64,000 bases of DNA from an uncultured Acidobacteriota bacterium. GTDB taxonomy: Bacteria > Acidobacteriota > Terriglobia > Terriglobales > Acidobacteriaceae. The notes below the pieces were generated by a model. The model had not been told where the DNA came from and ran no database searches. It saw only the letters and a list, made by a program, of their open reading frames with translations. Within the stretch, counting starts at the first letter, position 1; each line of letters starts with the position of its first letter. A program made the position numbers and the translations under genes. The DNA lies in NCBI GenBank assembly GCA_963823295.1, contig CAWGLF010000017.1, forward strand, positions 66,750 through 130,749, given 5' to 3'. This document shows, piece by piece, positions 22,692 to 31,711 of the stretch.

Positions 22692-23559
22692 ATGCTGTGC
22701 CGGTGGCGAATCATCGTCAGCTTAGTTGGGACCTTAGGGGTGCTTTCCGCTGCCTCGTTGCATGCGCTACAAGCCGTTGACGCAGGCCATCCCACAAATG
22801 TTTCCAGGAGCATCCCAGGCCTCTGCTCTCTTTCGCACAAATTGTGGTGTCTGCCATGGAGTCGATGGCCGCGGTGGTGAACGCGCGCCGGATATTGCCA
22901 CGGCTTCTGAAGTGCAGCGACTTTCGGATAGCGACCTGATCGGAATTGTCGAGAATGGAATCTCCGGCGCCGGCATGCCGGCCTTCGGGTCGTTAGGCCA
23001 AACGAAGGTAAAGACAATTGTCGATTACCTGCGGGTTCTGCAAGGAAGAGGAACAGAGACGGCCGTAAAGGTTCCTGGAGATTCACGGGCCGGAGAATCG
23101 CTTTTCTTTGGAAAAGCGAAATGTTCAACCTGCCATATGGTGAACGGCCGCGGCGGCTTTATTGCGAGTGACCTGTCGTTGTATGGATCGCACGAGACGG
23201 CAGCCAGAATTCGCGGTGTGATTACCAATCCCGAAAAAAAACTGCCGCCGCGATCAAAAAGCACCACGGTTATTACTCGTCAAGGCGAGACATTTACCGG
23301 AATGGTGAAAAACATTGATAATTTCTCCATTGCACTACAAACGCCGGATGGAGCATTCCACTTCTTTAAAAAGGCTGATCTCAAACAAATTGATTTGTAT
23401 TCTCATTCACTGATGCCGGCCGATTACGGTGTGATCTTAGATAGCCGTGAACTCGACGATCTGGTGAATTACCTGCTCGACGTAGGGATTGAAGATGCAA
23501 GCCGCGCGCCGAAAGAGCCTCCCAGGCGTTATCGCAATCATGAAGATGGCTGGAATTAG
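22692..23559 (+). pseudogene. Dihaem c-type cytochrome; signal peptide separated from mature part by a frameshift
   Basis: Two CxxCH sites (NCGVCHG, KCSTCHM) lie in ORF 22762..23559. The only plausible export signal (MLCRWRIIVSLVGTLGVLSAASLHA) lies in frame 22617..22880, immediately upstream. c-type cytochromes must be exported, so one indel between 22767 and 22820 is inferred. Confidence 0.65.
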
Positions 23560-23596
23560 CGACACTTTCCCTGATACATAACGGGACATATAGCAG

Positions 23597-24895
23597 ATGA
23601 TGAGTGAAAGCAGAGCAATGGAAAACTTCAAAATGAAACGTAGAACTTTTATCAGATGGGCCGCTGCTTTTCCGCTGATTGCACAAGTTGGCATTCAGCA
23701 GGCGCTTGGAACAGGCTGGGCGGAGGTCGCAAAAGATTCCACCGACAATATATATACGCGGATTGGCGTAAAGCCGGTGATTAATGGACGTGGAACATGG
23801 ACATACTTAAGCGCCACGCTGGAGTTGCCTGAAGTAAAGGCGGCGCAAGAGGCGGCGGCTCGGCATTACGTGAATATATTTGATCTCCAGCATGCGGTTG
23901 GAAAACGATTGGCCGCATTGACCGGCGCGGAATCCGGCATGATTACCTCAGGAGCCGCAGGTGCAATGGCATCCGCAACAGCAGGCTGCATCGCTGGAAC
24001 AGACCCGGACAAGATTTGGCAACTACCGGATACTACCGGCTTAAAGCATGAAGTCGTCATGGTAGGTGGTCGAAGCCCATTTGATAGCGCCATTCGCCTG
24101 GCTGGCGGGAAACTTGTGATTGCGGAGTCGTCCGAGCAGCTTCCAAATGCGATCAACAGCAACACGGCGATGATCTATACGGGTTCAGAGGTTGACGAAT
24201 TAGCAAAGGAGATTGCTATCGCTAAAAGCCATCAGGTGCCGATTTTTATGGATGCAGCCGACGGGATTCCCCCCATAGAAAAGCTTAAGCTATTTGCCAA
24301 AATGGGGTGCGATTTGTACACCGTGAGCGGAGGCAAGGGATTGTGCGGTCCCCAGTCAAGTGGGGTTTTGCTTGGACGCAAAGATCTTATAGAAGCCGCT
24401 CTGGCGAACACGAATCCATGGGAAGGCGCGGTATGCCGTCCGATGAAAGTTGGTAAAGAAGAAATCATGGGATGTCTGGCGGCTGTAGAAGCGTGGTTCC
24501 ATATGGACCTGAATGCGTTGAATAAAGACTGGAACGAACGCGTCGAACGCATCGCAAAAATAGTAGGCACGGTTCCGGGAGTTCAAACCAAGATCTATAT
24601 ACCCAATGAGAATCATTATCCGACGCTGAGTGTCTCTTGGGACCAGAATGCCTGGGGCTACAGTACGGCAGATTGCGCGAACCAGCTCCTTGACGGCACA
24701 CCGAGTATCGCGGTTTTGACCGACGACAATCCGAGCGATGTTTTGGGCCGCAGGCCTCATAAGAAAGCTAAATCTCACGACCCTTCGCACAATACCCTGC
24801 AGATAGTTTCAATGACGTTGAAACCGAAGGAGGAGATCATCGTCGGTAGAAGATTGCGTCAGCTTTTGATGGCTGCCAGACCAAAGAATGCATAG
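23597..24895 (+). CDS. SelA-like (DgaE-like) PLP-dependent enzyme 1 with twin-arginine leader
   Basis: MKRRTFIRWAAAFPLIAQ leader. Core: INGRGTWTYLSATLELPEV, TGAESGMITSGAAGAMASATAGCIAG, VSGGKGLCGPQSSGVLLGRKDLI (PLP-lysine motif of the SelA fold family), RPMKVGKEEIMG. Confidence 0.7.
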   Translation: MMSESRAMENFKMKRRTFIRWAAAFPLIAQVGIQQALGTGWAEVAKDSTDNIYTRIGVKPVINGRGTWTYLSATLELPEVKAAQEAAARHYVNIFDLQHAVGKRLAALTGAESGMITSGAAGAMASATAGCIAGTDPDKIWQLPDTTGLKHEVVMVGGRSPFDSAIRLAGGKLVIAESSEQLPNAINSNTAMIYTGSEVDELAKEIAIAKSHQVPIFMDAADGIPPIEKLKLFAKMGCDLYTVSGGKGLCGPQSSGVLLGRKDLIEAALANTNPWEGAVCRPMKVGKEEIMGCLAAVEAWFHMDLNALNKDWNERVERIAKIVGTVPGVQTKIYIPNENHYPTLSVSWDQNAWGYSTADCANQLLDGTPSIAVLTDDNPSDVLGRRPHKKAKSHDPSHNTLQIVSMTLKPKEEIIVGRRLRQLLMAARPKNA

Positions 24896-24951
24896 GTAGG
24901 GGCATCGCATTCAGTAGCGGGATTGATCTGCGCAAATAAGAGGCATCAAGA

Positions 24952-26329
24952 ATGAACTTACGGTCCTTCACGCTTGTCCTGGCGCTCGGAATTGCGGCGC
25001 GTGCGATGGGCGCCCGATCCTCGATGCCCGCAGCTCCTTCCCCATGTCATATTCAAGCGACAACTTTCGACGGATGGCAAGCTGAAGAAGTTACGAATGA
25101 CTGGCTGCGCTTGACATTTGTCCCTCAACTGGGTGGCAGGTTAATGCAAGTGACATTTAACGGTCACCCATACCTATTCGTTAACCCAGAGTACAGAGGC
25201 AAGTATATTTCTCCTGATGCGGCGGCGGGGCGCTGGATTAACTATGGCGGCGATAAAATCTGGCCCTTGCCCGAGGGAAACGAGGATGAGCAGCATTGGA
25301 CAGGAGCCTCAACTCCGCTGGATGACGGCCTTTACAAATTTAAGATCCTCTCGCAGAACAAACGATGTGCTGTGAGTCTGGAAGGTCCTCCTGATCCCGC
25401 CGACAGGGCTTCAATATAACCGCGTGATTAGTATCGGAAATGATTCGCCGGAAATTTCCTTTCATGCCATCATGAAAAACTTCACCGGCCATACGATCGT
25501 CTGGTCCGTGCAGTCTGTGTCACAATACGACCTGTCAAATCCAAAGGATGCAGGCCAGTACAACCATGATTTCTGGGCGTTTTCGCCTCTAAATCCCCAC
25601 TCCTCTTATCTGGATGGATATCACATCCGCGATGGTCTGGCGAACGATCCTTCATTCAGCATAAAAGGAGGGCTATTCCGCCTGAATTGGCGATACCTGG
25701 AGAGCGAAGTCTGGCTAGATTCCACCGCAGGCTGGATCGCATTGATTGACGGCATGAGTGATTATGCAATGGTCGAAAAGACTAAATACATCGAGAACGC
25801 ACCATATCCAGGAAAAGCGTCAGTCATTTTTTATAAGAATGGGCCTACAGTACGGCTCGACCCAAATGGAATTCCATATCTTACGTCAACCCACCCGGAA
25901 CAAACGCCGTACTACATGGAAGCGGAGCTCAATAGTCCGATGGAGGTGTTGGCGCCGGGTGAGACATACGCCATGGACACGTCGTGGTTTCCGTCTCGTA
26001 TGGGACGAGATCTTTCTACAGTAACGGATGCAGGTATGGTCGGTAAGCCTTTGAGTGTCTCCAGGAACGATGGAAAGCTAGTTATAGACGGCAGCTTTGG
26101 AGTTTTTTTCTCTGGCAAATTAAAGGCACATTTATATGACAACGGTGGCGCGGAGCGAAGCCAGATTACTCTGCAAGCGGTCAGCCCGCAAGATCCAGTT
26201 GAGCTTCATCAGGCCATCGCGGCGCCCACGGGAATAGCCCGAGTATCTCTTCATCTGATCGACGATAACAGTGTGGATCGTGGTTCTCTCGGAGAAGTAT
26301 TCGTTACCGGAGCCGAGGGAGGACAATAG
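24952..26329 (+). pseudogene. DUF4380-like (mutarotase-like beta-sandwich) exported protein, one frameshift
   Basis: Signal peptide plus LRLTFVPQLGGRLMQVTFNGHPYLFVNPE...WINYGGDKIWPLPEG lie in ORF 24952..25419. This continues as TGLQYNRVISIGNDSPEISFHAIMKN... in ORF 25424..26329 (open from ~25382). The junction is at the CCC/GCCG run 25396..25403. Confidence 0.5.
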
Positions 26330-26333
26330 TCGC

Positions 26334-27986
26334 ATGATCGCGAAGCTGCGAGGAATCTGGATGGCGGTTTGCGCCTATGTAGTCGTTATCTGCGCAGCGT
26401 TCGTTGTCTGTGCAGGCGGCCAGAGTAGCGGCAAATCGGCTCTAGGAATCGTAGATGTGCAGCCGGCTCAGCTACTTTCTCGTGGGATTTATGAAAACTG
26501 GCCTTCCTATAATGGCGACTACACGGGGAGGCGTTACAGCAGCTTAATGCAAATAACTCCACAAAATGTCCATCAGCTTCGTGCGCAGTGGATATTTCAT
26601 AGCAAGAACGCCGGCACGTTTGAGGCAACCCCGCTCGTAGTGAATGGCATAATGTATATCACTGCGTCAAACGATGCATACGCTCTCAATGCTGTCGACG
26701 GACGCACGCTCTGGCACTACTCGCGACCTATATCCAGCGGTCTCATCGATGACGCCTCACAACATACGAGCCGGGGCGTTGCTCTATTGGGAACAAGGCT
26801 GTACATGGAAACGGATAATGCCCATTTACTTTGCCTGGATGCGCGATCTGGAAACCTGCTCTGGGACGTTCCTTATGCTGCCTGGAACAAGAATTATGGG
26901 GCGACAAGCGTTCCTCTGATTGTTAAGGACAAGGTGCTCGTTGGAACTTCTGGAGGTGATGACGGGGTACGTGGCTTTTTAGCAGCTTATGATTCTATGA
27001 CGGGAAAATTGGCATGGCGCTGCTGGACAATTCCGGGGCCAGGAGAGTTTGGCTCCTCAAGCTGGCCGGGAGATGCTTATCTGCACGGAGGAGGGACAGC
27101 ATGGATGCCAGGGACCTATGACCCGCAACTTAACATGCTGTACTGGGGGACTGGCAATGCCGCGCCGGATTATGATGGGAGCGTTCGCCCTGGCGATGAT
27201 CTTTATACGGCGAGTCTACTGGCCATCAACCCGGATACGGGAAAGATAAGGTGGTACTTCCAATTCACGCCGCATGATGTATATGACTACGATGGCGTTG
27301 AAACTCCTGTTCTGATCGATGGCATCTATGATGGGAAACCTAGAAAGCTTCTTATAGAGGCAAATCGGAATGGCTTCATTTATGTACTCGATCGTACGAA
27401 TGGGAAATTTTTATCGGCTACACGGTTTGCGGAAAGAGTAAATTGGGCTAAGGGTATCGACTCTCACGGAAGGCCAATATATACGAACGTTCAGCCAAGT
27501 TCAGATGGAGCGCTCATTTGCCCAGGTAACGTTGGAGCTAGCAACTGGTATTCGCCGTCATATAGCGAGTTCACGCATCTTTTTTATTTTCTATATCTCG
27601 ATGACTGTACGGTGAACTATAAGAAACAAGAGATATTCGTCGCCGGGAAGGAATACTACGCGACGGGCGCTCGACATGATCCGAACGGGAAGGGGAAGAA
27701 GACTCTTCTTGCATTCGATCCGAGGACGAATCGTTTTGCATGGCGCTATCCACAGAATGGAACTGCTGATTCCTGGGGTGGGGTAATGACAACAGCCACA
27801 GGATTGCTCTTTTTTGCCGACGATGCAGAATCCTTTGAGGCCGTAGATGCTAAGAGCGGAGAACCTCTATGGCATTTTAATACTGGGCAGACTTTGCATG
27901 CATCTCCGATGAGTTATTCAGTGGACGGCAAACAATACGTAGCAATTGCTTCAGGTAACGATTTGCTCAGTTTTGCACTGCCCTGA
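26334..27986 (+). CDS. PQQ-dependent dehydrogenase, methanol/ethanol family (signal-anchored)
   Basis: ATG 26334 (MIAKLRGIWMAVCAYVVVICAAFVV). Motifs: YNGDYTGRRYSSL, ATPLVVNGIMYI, GTSGGDDGVRGFLAAYD, GGGTAWMPGTYDPQLNMLYWGTGNAAPDYDGSVRPGDDLYTASLLAINPDTGKIRWYFQFTPHDVYDYDG, ASNWYSPSY. Eight-blade propeller pattern. Confidence 0.85.
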   Translation: MIAKLRGIWMAVCAYVVVICAAFVVCAGGQSSGKSALGIVDVQPAQLLSRGIYENWPSYNGDYTGRRYSSLMQITPQNVHQLRAQWIFHSKNAGTFEATPLVVNGIMYITASNDAYALNAVDGRTLWHYSRPISSGLIDDASQHTSRGVALLGTRLYMETDNAHLLCLDARSGNLLWDVPYAAWNKNYGATSVPLIVKDKVLVGTSGGDDGVRGFLAAYDSMTGKLAWRCWTIPGPGEFGSSSWPGDAYLHGGGTAWMPGTYDPQLNMLYWGTGNAAPDYDGSVRPGDDLYTASLLAINPDTGKIRWYFQFTPHDVYDYDGVETPVLIDGIYDGKPRKLLIEANRNGFIYVLDRTNGKFLSATRFAERVNWAKGIDSHGRPIYTNVQPSSDGALICPGNVGASNWYSPSYSEFTHLFYFLYLDDCTVNYKKQEIFVAGKEYYATGARHDPNGKGKKTLLAFDPRTNRFAWRYPQNGTADSWGGVMTTATGLLFFADDAESFEAVDAKSGEPLWHFNTGQTLHASPMSYSVDGKQYVAIASGNDLLSFALP

Positions 27987-28105
27987 TGATTATATTTTCG
28001 GAGAGCTTTATGGGATGCAGGAGCAGTTTGGGGCGTCAAGGTTGCAGGGTATTGCGGGCTTTATCGACCGATTGTTCCTTCCATGTTCAAAAAGGGAGTT
28101 TGACC

Positions 28106-29404
28106 GTGGCTGGCTGTGAAGCTGACAAAAATGTAAATGACCGGCGATCTTTTATTAAGTTGCTGGCCGCCGCGCCTTTGTTCGCCACCATTGGTTCTCG
28201 TGGTGTTGCGAGCACGGTGGTTGCCGCGGCTGGAAAATCTTCTTCCGCTGATGTTTATACCCGTCTTGGAGTGCGGCCATTTATCAATGCACGCGGAACG
28301 TGGACTTACCTGAGCGGCTCGCTGGAACTACCCGAGGTAAAGCGCGCGGTAGAGAATGCGTCTCAACATTTCGTCGATATGTTTGAACTGCAACGCGGAG
28401 TTGGGAGGCGGCTTGCTGAGCTTTCCGGGGCCGAATCTGGGATGGTGACCTCTGGCTCGGCTGGCGCGATGGCAGTCGCGACCGCTGCCTGCATAGCCGG
28501 CTCGGATCCCAAAAATATCTGGCAGTTACCGGATACCACCGGGTTGAAAAACGAAGTTGTTATGCTGGGTGGCCGGATTGCGTTCGACAGCGCGATACGG
28601 CTGGCCGGAGGTAAATTGGTGCTCGCCCACGGAGTGGAGGATTTACATCCCGCCATTACTTCGCAAACTGCGATGGTCTATACAACATGGCGGGATGATC
28701 GTCTCCCAAAGGCGCTGGCGATCACGCACGCGGCAGGAGTTCCGCTGCTATTGGATGATGCAGCCGGGATTCCGCCATTTGACAATCTTACGCGCTATGC
28801 CAAAATGGGCGTCGACCTTTATTGCTTCAGCGGTGGGAAGGGTCTGCGCGGTCCGCAATGTTCCGGAATCCTGTTAGGCCGAAAAGATTTGATCGATGCA
28901 GCCCTTGCGAACAATAATCCATGGGAAGGCTCCGTGTGCCGGCCCATGAAAGTGGGCAAAGAAGAGATCATAGGAATGCTGGCAGCGGTCGAGTATTGGT
29001 CGCGCGCGGATCTCGACGCTCTGAATAGGGAGTGGAGGAGCCGGGTCGAGCGCATTGCCAAGCTAGTTCAAACGGTGCCAGGAGTTACAACCTCCATAAC
29101 GATACCGAAAGAAGGAAATAGCTATCCGACCTTGACGGTGAGTTGGGATGAAAAACGCTTTGGTTTGACAGTATCTCAATGCGACCAGCAGCTGCGGGCG
29201 GGCGAACCCCGCATTGAGGTACTAACCAGCACGAACCCGAGCCTGGTACCGGCTGTCCACGAAGGCGATGATCCAAAGAAAAAACATGAAGCCCGCCCGA
29301 ATCAGTTGCAAATTGTTTCGATGACTTTGCGATCAGGTGAAGACCTCACGGTTGGAAACCGTTTACGCCAGATCTTGGCCGCTGCGCGTAGGCAAACCGC
29401 GTGA
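28106..29404 (+). CDS. SelA-like PLP-dependent enzyme 2 with twin-arginine leader
   Basis: The ORF is open from 27986 (ATG overlapping the PQQ stop as TGATG). GTG 28106 is preceded by AAGGGAG (28092..28098) and yields a short leader (M)AGCEADKNVNDRRSFIKLLAAAPLFA. Core: INARGTWTYLSGSLELPEV, SGAESGMVTSGSAGAMAVATAACIAG, FSGGKGLRGPQCSGILLGRKDLI, RPMKVGKEEIIG. Start choice is uncertain. Confidence 0.7.
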   Translation: MAGCEADKNVNDRRSFIKLLAAAPLFATIGSRGVASTVVAAAGKSSSADVYTRLGVRPFINARGTWTYLSGSLELPEVKRAVENASQHFVDMFELQRGVGRRLAELSGAESGMVTSGSAGAMAVATAACIAGSDPKNIWQLPDTTGLKNEVVMLGGRIAFDSAIRLAGGKLVLAHGVEDLHPAITSQTAMVYTTWRDDRLPKALAITHAAGVPLLLDDAAGIPPFDNLTRYAKMGVDLYCFSGGKGLRGPQCSGILLGRKDLIDAALANNNPWEGSVCRPMKVGKEEIIGMLAAVEYWSRADLDALNREWRSRVERIAKLVQTVPGVTTSITIPKEGNSYPTLTVSWDEKRFGLTVSQCDQQLRAGEPRIEVLTSTNPSLVPAVHEGDDPKKKHEARPNQLQIVSMTLRSGEDLTVGNRLRQILAAARRQTA

Positions 29405-29440
29405 GCAGGTGCGCACAAATATGGAAAGGTATCCATAAGC

Positions 29441-30664
29441 ATGAGAAACATCCTTATCGGATTGATACTAGCCTGCCAGCCGGTGTTCCTGGGTGCTCAA
29501 ATCCAGCCGGTGATTTCGAAGAATGGACCTCGGCTGCCCGGCGCCAATACGCCCGGAATTTTTGCCGGCGGTTATCTTTACGTCGCGGGTGAAGGAGATC
29601 AAGCTCCGGACGGAACTGTACCCACAACCTTTGATGCTCAGGCCGACCAAGCTTTCAAGAATGTCAAAGCTGTGGTCGAAAGCGCCGGTCTGACGATGGA
29701 TCATGTCGTATATACGCAGATTTACCTCGATAACATAAAGAACTTCGACGCGATGAATCGAGCGTACGCCAGATACTTTCCCAAAGCGCCTCCTGCCCGG
29801 GCCTGTTTAGGGGTCGCGGCACTCCCTGGCACTTCCATTATGGTCGAGGCAGTCGCGGTTCGTGACCTGAGTCAAAAGAAGGTAGTCGTGGTGCCGGGTT
29901 ACAAATTGAACGATCCGATCTCTGCGGGAATCCTGACACGGGACCGTCTATTTGTCTCCGCCATGCGAGGCCGCGATCCGGTAACTGGCGAGGTTCCGTC
30001 GGATCCTGCGGCTCAAGTCAATCTAGCGCTGGACGGAATGAAGGCCGTTCTCCAGGCTGCAGGCCTTGATATGCGCTATATGGTTTTCGTGAATCCCTAT
30101 CTTACAAAGGCAATTCCGAACAGAACGATGAATAAGTTGTATGCGACGCGTTTCGAATTTGGCAATACACCCGCGCGGGCAACCATCGAAGTGACCAGCC
30201 TTCCCGGCGGAGCACAGATCGAATACACGGGGGTAGCGGTCCGGAATTTGTCCGATCGGCATGCGATCCGCCCACTAAATATGGCTCCTAGTCCGACGGC
30301 AAGCCCCTGTGTATTTGCGGGAGATACACTTTATTGCTCCGCGAAGGATGGCTTTATTCCCGGACCGAACGAAGGCATATATGTTGCTGGTGTGGACCAG
30401 CAGCTCCGCCAGACTATGCGCAATCTACTGGATGATTTGCAAGAAGCTGGACTGGACTTCAGTTCCGTTGTCAGCACTACGGTCTATCTGGATAATATTT
30501 CGGACGCTCCCACGGTAAATAAACTTTATGCAACATACTTTAAAGGAAATCCGCCGGCACGCACGACCGTCCAGCAGATAGCTCCGGTAGAGAGAAAGCC
30601 AAACAAAGATGGTCAGTATCCGGGTCTTGAACAAATTTCTTTAATAGCAATGCGCCAGAGGTAA
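29441..30664 (+). CDS. Exported protein with three tandem RidA/YjgF/L-PSP domains
   Basis: 407 aa. Signal peptide MRNILIGLILACQPVFLGA. Three ~126-aa repeats each carry the RidA pattern: G..L(Y/F)(V/C)(A/S)...(F/V).(A/Q)....(A/L)L.N(V/L/M)K..(V/L)..AG(L)....(V/M)V....(Y)L, ending PPARACLGVAALPG (R120), TPARATIEVTSLPG (R246) and PPARTTVQQIAP (R374). Confidence 0.8.
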   Translation: MRNILIGLILACQPVFLGAQIQPVISKNGPRLPGANTPGIFAGGYLYVAGEGDQAPDGTVPTTFDAQADQAFKNVKAVVESAGLTMDHVVYTQIYLDNIKNFDAMNRAYARYFPKAPPARACLGVAALPGTSIMVEAVAVRDLSQKKVVVVPGYKLNDPISAGILTRDRLFVSAMRGRDPVTGEVPSDPAAQVNLALDGMKAVLQAAGLDMRYMVFVNPYLTKAIPNRTMNKLYATRFEFGNTPARATIEVTSLPGGAQIEYTGVAVRNLSDRHAIRPLNMAPSPTASPCVFAGDTLYCSAKDGFIPGPNEGIYVAGVDQQLRQTMRNLLDDLQEAGLDFSSVVSTTVYLDNISDAPTVNKLYATYFKGNPPARTTVQQIAPVERKPNKDGQYPGLEQISLIAMRQR

Positions 30665-30671
30665 CAACTTC

Positions 30672-31569
30672 ATGGATCATACTAAGCTGCGCGTCTTCCT
30701 GTTTATAGCTCTGCTCGCCAGGTATCTTCTGCTCGCCTCTATTGCATGCTGAGCAACGCAAGATCGATCCGACCTTTCTGTATCGAAATACCTCAGTAGC
30801 CAGGGCGAAAAAGTCCGATATCACAACGGCGACCTGCCATTACAAACCGCTGTTCGGCCAGGGAGATCCAGATACAGCTGTAGTTGTCGGTGTTGCTCGT
30901 TACGGTGAAGCAGTGGTCGATTCCAACGGAGCCTGCGCTACAGTTCAATATCCTGATGAAGATCAGGTATACGTGGTGCTCGACGGCAGCGGATCCGTGA
31001 AGTATGGAAATGAGATGGTATCTCTTAAGAAGGAAGACTATCTCTATTTCCCCGCAACAATACCCCATACTTTAAGCAATAAATCCGGCAGATCGCTGAC
31101 GGTGGTCGTTATGGGCTTTCACACGCAAGGATTTGAAAAAGCCAGATTGCCAGAGCATCCTCTGAAGGCGAACATCGAAGATGTACCGACGCGTACTGTA
31201 GAGGGGCATCCATCTTCCGCTCGCTTTCGCTTGCTGATGGGAGATGCCGATAGTAAACGTGACCGCATTGCGGCTGGCCGCGTTCTGACCAGCCTTTTTC
31301 TGATGGAAATAGCGCCGAACGGCACTAATTTTCCCCATCATCACGAACGCGAAGAGGAGATTTACCTGGTGTTAAACGGCCACGGCGTAATGGTGGCGGG
31401 TGGAGGAATGAACGGAATCGCGGGACGTCACCCTGCCAAAGCCGGGGACGCGTACTTCTTCCGGCTCAACTGCACCGTTGGGTATTACAGTGCTCCCGGC
31501 GTTAAATCACGCATTCTCGCCGTCCGCTCGTGGTATCCAGGCATGCAGCAAAAAGGGGCAAAACACTGA
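30672..31569 (+). pseudogene. Bicupin protein; lipoprotein/signal leader separated by a frameshift
   Basis: ORF 30742..31569 has two cupin barrels. The second has the metal motif FPHHHEREEEIYLVLNGHG. Immediately upstream in another frame, ATG 30672 encodes MDHTKLRVFLFIALLARYLLLASIAC-stop (30750..30752). Deleting one base near 30748..30752 fuses ...SIAC to EQRKIDPTFLYRN. Confidence 0.6.
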
Positions 31570-31711
31570 TCGGGATGAGAACGTCAGAAGTATACGAGTA
31601 GTAGCACTTCGGGTAAAGGAAATCTAATCGTTTATACGCGTTATTTCGATAGAACTGGTGACCTTAGACATTGTTCGTTAACTCAATATAGATAGCTGAT
31701 ACGAGGCGCAA

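Noticed and set aside
27986-28105. ATG at 27986 overlapping the PQQ stop codon (TGATG) as the start of SelA-like 2
   Set aside because: It would give a 52-residue n-region before the RR motif. GTG 28106 has a good AAGGGAG Shine-Dalgarno sequence and yields a normal Tat leader. Translational coupling at 27986 cannot be excluded.
31664-31692. TTAGAC-17-TATAGA promoter-like match in the 143-nt gap before SelA-like 3
   Set aside because: It is a weak match to both hexamers and would leave only a ~13-nt leader. There is not enough evidence to call an internal promoter.
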